IMG/VR virus record: IMGVR_UViG_3300025646_000052
Location: 1 to 54,244 of that record
Length of the DNA stretch: 54,244 bases
Reading direction: 5' to 3' (one strand)
Source: a virus
Lineage: Duplodnaviria > Caudoviricetes
The translations under genes were made by a program, and so were the position numbers. Within the stretch, counting starts at the first letter, position 1. Each line of letters begins with the position of its first letter. A model generated the notes under the pieces. It saw only the letters and a program-made list of their open reading frames with translations, was not told the origin of the DNA and did no database searches. This document shows positions 17,931-29,100 of the stretch, one piece after another.

Positions 17931-19571
17931 ATGTCACAAGTACAACAACTTTTAGAATCTGCTGCTGACGGATGGAAGAACATGCAGTCAGATGCTGCTA
18001 GATTGGCTTCAAAGTGGGAGAAGACAGGTTTATTAGAAGGTCTTAACGAAGGCTCTAAGAACAACATGTCTATCATCCTCGAGAACCAAGCTAAGCAATT
18101 AGTGGTTGAGCAATCACAAACTGGTCAAGGTGGTTCCTTTACTGTAGGAACTGGCGAGCAGTGGGCTGGTATCGCTTTACCATTAGTACGTAAGGTATTC
18201 GGTCAAATCGCTGCTAAAGAATTCGTTTCTGTACAGCCAATGAACTTACCTTCAGGCCTCGTATTCTATTTAGATTTCCAGTATGGTAACACTAAGAACC
18301 CATTTAGCGCTGGCCAATCTATGTATGGTACTACAGGTTCAACTTACCCATTCTCTACTCCAGCTGCTGAAGGTGGTTTATATGGTGCTGGTAGATTTAC
18401 TTTCTCTACTAACCAAACCTCTTCAACTGTATCAGCTACTGTAGCTTCAGCTTCTTTAGCTGACGTTAGATATGATTCATCTCTTTCAGCTTCTGTAGCT
18501 GCAGGTGAAGTTAAGAAATTTACTGTAGCCGCTTCTGGTTTACCTACATTTGATCCAGATGCAGTTCGTGGTTTCTTATTAATCTCAGGTGGTGCCGCTA
18601 CTGTAGCTACAGCTTTACCAGCTTTCACTACATACAATGGTACTAACATTAGCTTCTTTGTTACTGCTTCTACAGCTTTAACTAACGGTACAGCTACTTC
18701 AGCTAACTCAGTTGTATACTACAACAAGATTACTGCTGATAACAACCGTGGTGATTTCGAATCTTCAAGCTCATTTGCATATCCAAACACATTAAGCACT
18801 GGTAACATCGTTATCCCAGAAATTAATATCGGTATGCGTTCACAAGCCATCACTGCTAAGACTAAAAAGTTAAAGGCTGTATGGACTCCTGAATTCGCTC
18901 AAGACCTTAATGCTTATCAAGCTCTTGATGCCGAAGCTGAAGTAACTAACATCATGAGCGAGTACATTTCTTTAGAAATCGACCTCGAAATCCTTGATAT
19001 GTTAATTGAAGATGCTGCTGCTGGTACTGAGTACTGGTCAGTTATCTCTAACAGAACTATCACTGGTACTGAAACTGCTGTTTCTCAATTCGGTGATGCT
19101 GGATACTACAACACACAAGGCCAGTGGTTCCAGACTTTAGGTACTAAAATCAATAAGTTAAGCAACAAGATCCACCAGTTAACTCTTCGTGGTGGTGCTA
19201 ACTTTATGGTAGTATCTCCAACTGTTGCTACTATCATCGAATCTATCCCAGGCTTCGCTGCTGATAACTCAGACGCTGAAAAAATGGAATATGCATTTGG
19301 TGTACAGAAATCTGGTAATTTAAACAGCCGTTATAAGGTTTACAAGAACCCTTATATGACTGAAAACACTATCTTATTAGGTTTCCGTGGTACTCAATTC
19401 TTAGAGGCTGGTGCTGTATTTGCCCCATACATTCCTTTAATCATGACTCCTCTTGTGTACGATCCTGAGACATTTACTCCACGTAAAGGCCTCTTAACTC
19501 GCTACGCTAAGAAGATGTTACGTCCTGAATTCTACGGTAAGATCTACGTTAACGGTTTAACTAGCCTTTAA
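17931..19571 (+). CDS. Major capsid protein (T4 gp23-like)
   Basis: KWEKTGLLEGL, VSVQPMNLPSGLVF, AKTKKLKAVWTPEFAQDL, EIDLEIL, APYIPL, FTPRKGLLTRYA. Confidence 0.97.
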   Translation: MSQVQQLLESAADGWKNMQSDAARLASKWEKTGLLEGLNEGSKNNMSIILENQAKQLVVEQSQTGQGGSFTVGTGEQWAGIALPLVRKVFGQIAAKEFVSVQPMNLPSGLVFYLDFQYGNTKNPFSAGQSMYGTTGSTYPFSTPAAEGGLYGAGRFTFSTNQTSSTVSATVASASLADVRYDSSLSASVAAGEVKKFTVAASGLPTFDPDAVRGFLLISGGAATVATALPAFTTYNGTNISFFVTASTALTNGTATSANSVVYYNKITADNNRGDFESSSSFAYPNTLSTGNIVIPEINIGMRSQAITAKTKKLKAVWTPEFAQDLNAYQALDAEAEVTNIMSEYISLEIDLEILDMLIEDAAAGTEYWSVISNRTITGTETAVSQFGDAGYYNTQGQWFQTLGTKINKLSNKIHQLTLRGGANFMVVSPTVATIIESIPGFAADNSDAEKMEYAFGVQKSGNLNSRYKVYKNPYMTENTILLGFRGTQFLEAGAVFAPYIPLIMTPLVYDPETFTPRKGLLTRYAKKMLRPEFYGKIYVNGLTSL

Positions 19572-19598
19572 TAGTAGTTTAATCTAGAATTAAAATAG

Positions 19599-19628
19599 GG
19601 AGCCCCGCGAAAGCGGGGCTCTTTTTTT
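19599..19628 (+). terminator. Rho-independent terminator after the capsid gene
   Basis: GAGCCCCGC-GAAA-GCGGGGCTC plus T7. Confidence 0.9.
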
Positions 19629-19637
19629 ATATGTATA
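19629..19637 (+). promoter_or_regulatory. Putative late promoter variant ATATGTATA
   Basis: Immediately after the terminator, before phoH. Confidence 0.5.
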
Positions 19638-19661
19638 ATTAACAACAAACGTTCTTAATTT

Positions 19662-20393
19662 ATGACATCAAACCATCACAACGATGAGGTTTTCGTCGAG
19701 AAACGAAGACCCAAAGGTCCTATTAAATTTAAAATCCAATTAAATGAAGAACAAAAAGAAGCAAAAGCAAAAATATTAAACAATACAGTTACATTATTAG
19801 CTGGTTCAGCTGGTTCAGGTAAGACATTATTAGCATGTCAAATCGCATTAGAAAAATTATTTACGAAAGAATGCGATAAAATTATTATTACACGTCCTAC
19901 GGTGAGTAAGGAAGAAATCGGGTTCCTCCCCGGTGATCTCCGCGAAAAAATGGACCCATGGGTCCAGCCTATATACCAAAATATGTACACTCTGTACGAT
20001 AAAACAAAAATTGAAAAACTTATATCAGATGGACAGATCGAAATTGTTCCAGTATCTTTTATGCGTGGTAGAACTTTTCTCGATAGTGTGGTTATTGTGG
20101 ACGAAGCTCAAAACGTAACCCACGAACAAATGGAAATGATTGTTACTAGAATTGGTTTACGTAGTAAAATGATTATATGTGGAGACGATCACCAAGTAGA
20201 CTTAAAGCGTAAAGCTGATTCTGGATTTAGATTTTTATACTCAGCTGCACGTAAAGTAAAAAATATGTGTGCTATATCACTTAAAACTAATCATAGAGAT
20301 TCTATTGTAGAAGATTTAATTAATTTATACGAGGAAGCAGCCGAGCAAGGTATAGTATTAGGCACATCAGGTTCTAGTGGAAAAAATAAATAA
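19662..20393 (+). CDS. phoH: PhoH-family ATPase
   Basis: GSAGSGKT, ITRP, IGFLPGDLREKMDPW, FMRGRTF, VDEAQN, GDDHQVDL, NHR. Confidence 0.95.
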   Translation: MTSNHHNDEVFVEKRRPKGPIKFKIQLNEEQKEAKAKILNNTVTLLAGSAGSGKTLLACQIALEKLFTKECDKIIITRPTVSKEEIGFLPGDLREKMDPWVQPIYQNMYTLYDKTKIEKLISDGQIEIVPVSFMRGRTFLDSVVIVDEAQNVTHEQMEMIVTRIGLRSKMIICGDDHQVDLKRKADSGFRFLYSAARKVKNMCAISLKTNHRDSIVEDLINLYEEAAEQGIVLGTSGSSGKNK

Positions 20394-20407
20394 ATATATT
20401 TCTTTTA

Positions 20408-20416
20408 ATATTTATA
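20408..20416 (+). promoter_or_regulatory. Putative late promoter motif ATATTTATA
   Basis: Intergenic, before 20427. Confidence 0.6.
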
Positions 20417-20426
20417 ACAAAAAGCA

Positions 20427-21605
20427 ATGGCAAACATCCCAATATATAATGGTGAACAAACTTGGGCTTCAGGTATAACTCCTTTTGGGTTTTACGATTC
20501 TGATTCTGAATTCCAAGCAGATGCTTTAAAAGTAACTAAATTTTGTGCTATTCGTTTAGGATATCCTATTGAAAACGTAGAACTACAGTCTGGCTCTTTC
20601 TTTACAGCGTTTGAAGAAGCTGTAACTGTATATGGCAATGAATTATATGCATATAAACAAAGAGAGGATTATTTATCTATTGAAGGAGCTGGAAAATCTT
20701 ATGGAGGAACTGATACAGATTTATCATCTTCATTAATTACCCCTAACATGGGTAATGTTATTCGCTTATCAGAACAATATGGTGAAGAAGCTGGAGTAGG
20801 AGGAAATACTAATTGGTATAGTGGATCTGTTGTTTTAACAGCTGGTGTTCAAGATTATGATTTAAATGAATGGGCTATAAACTCAGGTAGCCTTTCAGGA
20901 AGTGAACTTGAAGTAAAACGTGTTTATTTTAATGGTATTCCTGCTTCTGCTAATTATTATTATGGTGCTCCTGGATTTGGTTTAGGAGTAGGATTTGGTG
21001 GATTTTTAGGAGCATATGGTTTTACTGCTTACAACACAGCGTACTCTACTTTAGTAATGCCTGTAGCTTATGATATAGCAGCTATTCAAGAATTAGAAAT
21101 GTCTAACACAGTTAGAATGTCTAGCTATAGCTTTGAATTAATAAATAATAGACTTAGAATTTTCCCAATCCCAGGATCTGAGGATAATGGTGCTAATCTT
21201 TGGTTTCAATATTTAAATAAGACTGAAAGATTAAATAATTCATTCACTACAGGAAGTAATATTATTACTAATATCTCTCAGGTGCCTTACAGAAATATTT
21301 CTTATTCTCAAGTTAACTCTGTAGGTAGAATGTGGATTTTTGAATATACTTTAGCCTTATCTAAAGAAATGTTAGGTTTAGTTAGAAACAAATATTCAAC
21401 TATCCCTATCCCTGGAGCTGAAGTAACATTAAATGGTGGAGAATTAACAAGTCAAGCTGCTGCTGAAAAAAATGCTTTAGTTGAAAGATTAAGAATATAT
21501 TTTGACGAAACTTCTCGTAGATCTTTACTTGAAAGAAAATCAAATGAATCTACCTTTGCCCAAGAAGAGTTAAATAAAGTTCCAATGACAATATTTGTAG
21601 GATAA
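20427..21605 (+). CDS. Neck protein (T4 gp13-like head-tail adaptor)
   Basis: RLGYPIENVEL at the N-terminus; WIFEYTLALSKEMLG..R.KY...PG..VTLNG; position after the capsid gene. Confidence 0.8.
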   Translation: MANIPIYNGEQTWASGITPFGFYDSDSEFQADALKVTKFCAIRLGYPIENVELQSGSFFTAFEEAVTVYGNELYAYKQREDYLSIEGAGKSYGGTDTDLSSSLITPNMGNVIRLSEQYGEEAGVGGNTNWYSGSVVLTAGVQDYDLNEWAINSGSLSGSELEVKRVYFNGIPASANYYYGAPGFGLGVGFGGFLGAYGFTAYNTAYSTLVMPVAYDIAAIQELEMSNTVRMSSYSFELINNRLRIFPIPGSEDNGANLWFQYLNKTERLNNSFTTGSNIITNISQVPYRNISYSQVNSVGRMWIFEYTLALSKEMLGLVRNKYSTIPIPGAEVTLNGGELTSQAAAEKNALVERLRIYFDETSRRSLLERKSNESTFAQEELNKVPMTIFVG

Positions 21606-21606
21606 A

Positions 21607-22152
21607 ATGGCATTATACGGTGAAGCACGTGATATAAGTCTATTTAGACATGTAAATAGAGAATTGATGCACAACATCATTTCTCAACAATGTGTTTTGT
21701 ACAAATATGATATTGAAGAAACTAAAGTAAATATTTACGGTGAATCTTCTACTGACAAATACTATCATCCCCCAATTTTATTATACTGCTTAATAGACAT
21801 CCCAGACCAATTATATAGTGTTAATGACATTAATATAGATTATACTTGGAACCCAACATTTAGATTTTTAAGAGACGATTTATTATCTGTATCTGCTGAA
21901 AATCCTAATGGAGCTAATGTAGTTCCTGAAGTAGGTGATATTATTATGTTCCAAGAAGCTTATTATGAAGTAGACACTATAGACCAAAGCAACTTCTTCG
22001 TAGGTAAAGATCCAGATTACCCATTTACTGATGATAATGGTAATAATCCTTTAGAAACTGATTTAGATAGATTTGGATATAATGTTGGAATTATTTGTTC
22101 TACTCACTATGTACCTGCTGATAAAGTTGGTATAACTAAAGAAAGAATGTAA
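21607..22152 (+). CDS. Neck/head-closure protein (T4 gp14-like)
   Basis: NIYGES, PEVGDII..YYEV; synteny. Confidence 0.7.
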   Translation: MALYGEARDISLFRHVNRELMHNIISQQCVLYKYDIEETKVNIYGESSTDKYYHPPILLYCLIDIPDQLYSVNDINIDYTWNPTFRFLRDDLLSVSAENPNGANVVPEVGDIIMFQEAYYEVDTIDQSNFFVGKDPDYPFTDDNGNNPLETDLDRFGYNVGIICSTHYVPADKVGITKERM

Positions 22153-23099
22153 TGGCTACTACTGGAAGAAAACCTATACCAAAAACCCAAAAAGAAATAT
22201 CTATTGGGAAACATACTGCAATTGATAAAGAACAAGGTAACCCTAATTTTTCAGGTCGTTCTAATAGAGGTACTCAAAAATCAGCACAAGGAGAAACTAC
22301 TAAACCTTTAACTATTGGCATTCAAGATATTGATGAAGCAGTATTTTATTATTTTCAAAACATTATTCGTCCTTCTGTAGTACAAAACGGAAATAAAATT
22401 GAAGTTCCTGTATTATATGGTGCTCCTGAAAAATGGAAAGCTATTCAAAAGGATGGATATTATCGAGATAAAAATGGAGCTATTATGCTTCCTGTTATTG
22501 TAATTAAAAGAGATACTATTGAAAAAAATAGAACTATAGCTAATAAATTAGACGCTAATAACCCTAATAATTTTGCAGTTGTAAGTACAACTTGGAATAA
22601 AGATAATTATTATTCTAAATTTAATGTATTAAACAATAGAATCCCTACTAAAACTTATTTTACTACTGTAGTCCCAGATTATGTAACTTTAGACTATAGT
22701 TGTTTAATTCAAACCTATTATATAGATCAACTTAATAAAATAGTTGAGGCTATAAATTATGCTTCTGATGCATATTGGGGAGACCCACAACGTTTTCAAT
22801 TTAGAGCAATGATTGATTCTTTTGCTACTCCTACCGAACTTGTTCAGGATAATAATAGAGTAGTTAGAGCTAATTTTAATATAAGACTTAATGGGTATTT
22901 AATTCCTGATGTAATCCAAAAAAATGGAGTAAATTTTCCACAGTTTTCTGAGCGTTCTAAAATTTTATTTTCAATGGAAACTGTAAGTGATCCTGGTATA
23001 TTCATTGGAAACCAAAATTCAGATGGTAGAATAGAAACTCCAACACCTCAAGAATTAGAAGCACAAAAAAGAGTTAATAAAAGTACTTTAGTACCTTAA
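22152..23099 (+). CDS. Tail terminator/sheath stabiliser (T4 gp15-like)
   Basis: VPVLYGAPEKW, LPVI, VPDYVTLDY, QLNKIVEAI; synteny. Confidence 0.7.
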   Translation: MATTGRKPIPKTQKEISIGKHTAIDKEQGNPNFSGRSNRGTQKSAQGETTKPLTIGIQDIDEAVFYYFQNIIRPSVVQNGNKIEVPVLYGAPEKWKAIQKDGYYRDKNGAIMLPVIVIKRDTIEKNRTIANKLDANNPNNFAVVSTTWNKDNYYSKFNVLNNRIPTKTYFTTVVPDYVTLDYSCLIQTYYIDQLNKIVEAINYASDAYWGDPQRFQFRAMIDSFATPTELVQDNNRVVRANFNIRLNGYLIPDVIQKNGVNFPQFSERSKILFSMETVSDPGIFIGNQNSDGRIETPTPQELEAQKRVNKSTLVP

Positions 23100-23117
23100 T
23101 TTTTATTGTTTAAATCT

Positions 23118-23126
23118 ATATTTATT
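23118..23126 (+). promoter_or_regulatory. Putative late promoter motif ATATTTATT
   Basis: Intergenic, before giant repeat gene 1. Confidence 0.55.
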
Positions 23127-23144
23127 AGATATACCTGAGATCAA

Positions 23145-26100
23145 ATGGCAAATATAAGATATCTAGACCAAGTAACAGTTGGCCCTTCCGTAACTTCTAT
23201 TAGTGGTGAATCCACTACTTCTGGCACATCTGGAACCGCAGGTTCTTCAGGCACAACTGGCTCATCTGGAACATCAGGATATTCAGGTTCTGCAGGTACT
23301 TCAGGTATTACTGGATCTTCAGGTCAATCAGGTTCTACTTCAGGAACATCAGGCTCTGGTGGTTCTTCAGGTACTTCAGGTGCCGTAGGTTCTTCAGGCG
23401 AATCTAGTACATCCGGCTCTTCAGGCGAATCAGGCACTTCAGGCACTTCAGGCTCTTCAGGCGAATCAGGTACTTCAGGCTCTTCAGGCGAATTTGGAAC
23501 ATCAGGTTCATCAGGAAGTTCAGGTTCATCAGGTAGTTTAGGTTCTTCAGGTAGTTCAGGTTCATCAGGTTCAAGTGGTTCTTCAGGTTCATCAGGTTCA
23601 AGCGGAACATCAGGTTTAAGCGGTTTTTCAGGTAGTTCAGGTTCATCAGGTAGTTCAGGTTCTTCAGGTAGTTCAGGTTCAAGTGGTTCATCAGGAAGTT
23701 CAGGTTCATCAGGTAGTTCAGGTTCATCAGGTAGTTCAGGTTCATCAGGTTCAAGTGGAGCTGATGGCTCTTCAGGTGAATCTGGTACTTCAGGTTCATC
23801 AGGAGTTGCTGGCTCATCCGGTACTTCAGGTTCATCAGGTTCAAATGGTTCATCTGGCACTTCAGGCGAATCTGGCACTTCAGGTTTAAGTGGATCTACA
23901 GGTTCAAACGGTACCTCAGGTAACACTGGTACCTCAGGTCAATCCGCTCAATCTTCAACATCAGGCTCTTCCGGCTCTTCAGGTACTACTGGCTCAACAG
24001 GAGCTGCAGGTACATCAGGCGAAGCTGCAACTTCAGGTTCAGCAGGTTCATCTGGTACAAATGGTACAAGTGGAAATTTAGGCTCATCAGGAGCCTCAGC
24101 TCAATCAGGCACTTCAGGCTCATCAGGTACAGTAGGTTCAACCGGAGCTGCGGGTACATCAGGTTTATCTGGTTCATCTGGTTCATCTGGTTCAACAGGA
24201 GAATCAGGTACTAGTGGAATTTCAGGTACTTCAGGCGAATCTAATTCTTCAGGAACTAATGGTTCTTCAGGCAATAGTGGTACATCTGGTGAATCCGGTA
24301 CATCAGGTTCAGCTGGCTCTTCAGGTACTATAGGCTCAAGTGGTACAGGTGCAGGCTCAGGTTCATCAGGTACTTCAGGTTCTTCAGGTGAATCTGCAAC
24401 TTCAGGTTCATCAGGCTCTTCAGGTTTAGCTGGCACATCAGGAGCTTTAGGTTCAAGCGGAGAATCAGCCCAATCAGGTACCTCAGGCTCTACAGGTTCA
24501 AACGGTACTTCAGGTAACACAGGAACATCTGGTCAATCAGCTCAATCTTCAACATCAGGCTCTTCAGGTTCTTCAGGTACTACTGGTTCAACTGGAGCTT
24601 CAGGTACATCAGGTGAATCTGGCACTTCAGGTTTATCAGGCTCTACAGGTTCAAACGGTACTTCAGGTAACACAGGTACTTCAGGTCAATCTGCTCAATC
24701 TTCAACATCAGGTTCTTCAGGTTCTTCAGGTACTACTGGCTCATCTGGTGAGTCTGGCACATCAGGTGAATCTGGCACTTCAGGTTTATCAGGTTCAACT
24801 GGTTCAAATGGTACCTCAGGTAACACAGGAACATCTGGTCAATCAGCTCAATCTTCAACTTCAGGTTCATCTGGTTCTTCAGGCACAACTGGCTCATCTG
24901 GTGAGTCTGGCACATCAGGTGAATCTGGATCTTCTGGTACTTCAGGTTCAACAGGTGAATCTGGTACCTCAGGTAATAATGCTACTTCAGGTTTATCAGG
25001 TTCATCAGGTACAGTAGGTTCAACAGGAGAATCAGGTACTTCAGGTGAATCAGGTACATCAGGTTCAGCTGGATCTTCAGGTACTATAGGTTCAAGTGGT
25101 ACAGGAGCTGGTGCTGGTACTTCAGGTGAATCTGGTTCATCAGGTGAATCTGCAACTTCAGGCTCAGCAGGCTCTTCAGGCTCAGCTGGTACATCAGGAG
25201 ATTTAGGATCATCAGGAGCATCAGCTCAATCAGGAACTTCAGGCTCTACAGGCTCAAATGGTACCTCAGGTAACACAGGAACATCTGGTCAATCAGCTCA
25301 ATCTTCAACTTCAGGTTCTTCTGGTACTTCAGGTACTACAGGTTCAACTGGCATAGCAAGTACTTCAGGTGAAGCTGGATCTTCAGGTTCATCAGGTTCT
25401 TCTGGTACCCAAGGTTCTACAGGAGCCGCAGGTACTTCAGGCGAATCTACTACATCTGGTACTTCAGGCTCTTCAGGTACAGTAGGTTCAACCGGAGCTG
25501 CTGGTACTTCAGGAGAAGCAGCCACATCTGGTACTTCAGGTTCTTCAGGTACTATAGGTTCAAGTGGTACAGGAGCTGGTGCTGGTACTTCAGGTGAATC
25601 TGGTTCATCAGGTGAATCTGCAACTTCAGGCTCTTCAGGTTCATCTGGTACAAACGGTACCTCAGGTAATATAGGATCATCAGGAGCATCAGCTCAATCA
25701 GGAACTTCAGGTTCTACTGGTTCAAACGGTACTTCAGGTAATACAGGCACTTCAGGCCAATCTGCCCAATCAGGCACATCAGGTAGCTCAGGCTCATCTG
25801 GAACTACAGGTTCAACAGGAGCTGCAGGTACTTCAGGCGAAGCTGCTACATCAGGCTCATCAGGCTCTTCTGGTACTCAAGGCTCAACAGGAGCCGCAGG
25901 TACTTCAGGCGAATCTACTACATCAGGCACTTCAGGTTCTTCGGGCACAGTAGGTTCAACTGGAGCTGCTGGTACTTCAGGAGAAGCAGCTACATCAGGC
26001 TCTTCAGGATCTTCAGGTACTATAGGTTCAAGTGGTACAGGTGCAGGCTCAGGTACATCAGGTATTTCAGGTTCTTCAGGTGAATCTGCAACTTCAGGTT

Positions 26101-29100
26101 CATCAGGTTCCACTGGTACAAATGGTACAAGTGGAAATGTAGGTTCATCAGGAGCTTCAGCTCAATCAGGTACTTCAGGCTCTACAGGCTCAAATGGTAC
26201 CTCAGGCAATACAGGCACCTCAGGTCAATCTGCTCAATCTTCAACATCAGGCTCTTCAGGTTCTTCAGGTACTACAGGTTCAACTGGTGCTGCGGGCACA
26301 TCAGGAGATAGTGCTACTTCAGGTTCTAGTGGTTCATCAGGTACTCAAGGTTCAACCGGAGCTGCTGGTACTTCAGGTGAAGCCTCTACATCTGGTACTT
26401 CAGGTTCATCAGGTACTCAAGGTTCAACCGGAGCTGCTGGTACTTCAGGAGAAGCAGCTACATCAGGCTCTTCAGGATCTTCTGGTACTCAAGGCTCAAC
26501 AGGAGCCGCAGGTACTTCAGGTGATAGTTTAACTTCTGGTACTTCAGGCTCTTCCGGTACAGTAGGCTCAACAGGAGCTGCAGGCACTTCCGGTGACAGC
26601 TCTACTTCAGGTTCATCAGGTACTACAGGTTCAACTGGTACTAGTGGTGTAGGTTCAGGTTCAGGATCTTCAGGCGAATCAGGAACAAGTGGTTCTTCTG
26701 GTTTAGCAGGAACTTCAGGTTCTACAGGCTCAAATGGTACTTCAGGTAATAATGGTACTTCAGGATTATCTAATACTTCAGGTTCGTCTGGTTCTACAGG
26801 TTCAAACGGTACTTCAGGTAATAACGGTACATCAGGTGCATCAGCTACTAGCGGATCTTCAGGTTCCACTGGTACAAATGGTACAAGTGGAAATGTAGGT
26901 TCATCAGGAGCTTCAGCTCAATCAGGTACCTCAGGCTCTACAGGTTCAAATGGTACTTCAGGTAACACGGGTACTTCAGGTCAATCTGCTCAATCATCAA
27001 CTTCAGGTTCATCAGGTACGTCTGGTACCACTGGTTCAACTGGAGCCGCAGGTACTTCAGGCGAATCTACTACATCTGGATCTTCAGGCTCTTCAGGTAC
27101 TCAAGGTTCTACAGGAGCTGCAGGCACATCAGGCGCTTCAGCTACTAGTGGATCCTCAGGTTCAACTGGTACAAATGGTACTTCAGGAAACGTTGGTACT
27201 TCAGGAGCATCTGCACTTTCAGGTTCATCAGGTTCAACTGGTTCGAATGGTACCTCAGGTAATACGGGTACTTCTGGTCAATCTGCTCAATCTTCAACAT
27301 CAGGCTCTTCAGGTTCATCTGGTACTACAGGCTCAACTGGAGCTGCAGGTACATCAGGCGCATCAGCTACTAGCGGATCTTCAGGTTCTACTGGTACAAA
27401 TGGTACTACAGGTAACGCCGGAACTGCAGGTCAATCAGGCTTAAGCAAATCTTCAGGAACAAGTGGTTCATCTGGTACTACAGGTTCAACCGGAGCAGCT
27501 GGTAGTAGTAATTTAAGTGCCACGTCAGGTACTTCAGGCTCATCAGGTACTCAAGGTTCAACAGGAAACGCCGGTACTTCAGGCGAAGCTGCTACATCAG
27601 GTTCATCAGGTTCAACTGGTACAAATGGTACTTCAGGAAACGCTGGTACTTCAGGATTATCAGCACTTTCAGGTTCATCAGGTTCAACAGGTACAAACGG
27701 TACTACTGGTAATGCAGGTACTGCAGGTCAATCAGGTTTAAGTAAATCTTCAGGTACCTCAGGTTCATCTGGTACTACAGGTTCTGCTGGTGCTGCTGGT
27801 CAATCTAATTTAAGTGCAACTTCAGGTACTTCAGGCTCATCAGGTACTCAAGGTTCAACAGGAAACGCCGGTACTTCAGGCGAAGCTGCTACATCAGGTT
27901 CAAGTGGTTCCACAGGTTCAAACGGTACCTCAGGCAATAATGGCACATCAGGTGCATCAGCTACTAGCGGATCTTCAGGTTCAACAGGTACAAACGGTAC
28001 TACTGGTAATGCAGGTACTGCTGGACAATCAGGTTTAAGTAAATCTTCAGGAACAAGTGGTTCATCTGGTACTACTGGTTCAGCTGGAGCAGCTGGCGGT
28101 AGTAATTTAAGTGCTACATCAGGTACTTCAGGTTCATCAGGTACTCAAGGCTCAACAGGAGCAGCTGGTACTTCAGGTGCGGCTACTACATCAGGTTCAA
28201 GTGGTTCTACTGGTTCAAACGGTACTTCAGGTAATAATAGCACATCAGGCGCATCAGCTACTAGCGGATCTTCAGGTTCTACTGGTACAAATGGTACTAC
28301 AGGTAACGCCGGAACTGCAGGTCAATCAGGCTTAAGCAAATCTTCAGGCACCTCAGGTTCATCTGGTACTACTGGTTCAATAGGAGCGGCAGGTCAATCT
28401 AACTTAAGTGCTTCTTCAGGCACTTCAGGCTCATCAGGCACAACTGGTTCAGCAGGTAATGCTGGTGGTAGCAATTTAAGTGCTACATCAGGTACTTCAG
28501 GTTCATCTGGTACTACAGGTTCTGCTGGTGCTGCTGGTCAATCTAATTTAAGTGCAACTTCAGGTACAAGTGGCTCAACAGGTACAAATGGTACTTCAGG
28601 CAATGCTGGTAACTCAGGTAACTCAGGCACTTCAGGCACTTCAGGCACTACAGGTTCAAATGGTAACTCAGGTAATGCTGGTAACTCTGGTAATTCTGGT
28701 ACTTCAGGTACCTCAGGAACTAATGGTTCAAATGGTAACGCCGGTAATTCAGGTAATTCTGCTACATCAGGTACAAGCGGTTCTACTGGTACTAATGGCT
28801 CAAATGGTAATAATGGAGGTTCAGGTTTAAGCAGGACATCAGGTTCATCAGGCTCATCAGGTACAAATGGTACTTCAGGTAATAATGGTACTGCAGGTGC
28901 TAGTGCTAATTCAGGCACAAGTGGATCAACCGGTACAAACGGTACTACTGGTAACGCAGGCACAGCTGGACAATCAGGCTTAAGTAAATCTTCCGGTACT
29001 TCAGGTTCATCTGGTACTACTGGTTCAGCAGGAGCTGCTGGTGGTAGTAATTTAAGTGCTACTTCAGGCACTTCAGGTTCATCTGGTACTACAGGCTCAA

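Noticed and set aside
8951-19571. Introns or inteins in terminase, portal or capsid genes
   Set aside because: ORFs are continuous and of ordinary length, with no intein termini or homing endonuclease inserts recognised.
234-20118. Short minus-strand and nested ORFs (e.g. 234-473, 970-1173, 14729-14995, 16962-17411, 18344-18649, 19933-20118)
   Set aside because: They overlap well-supported + strand genes, and their Ser/Phe-rich composition mirrors Glu/Lys codons on the coding strand.
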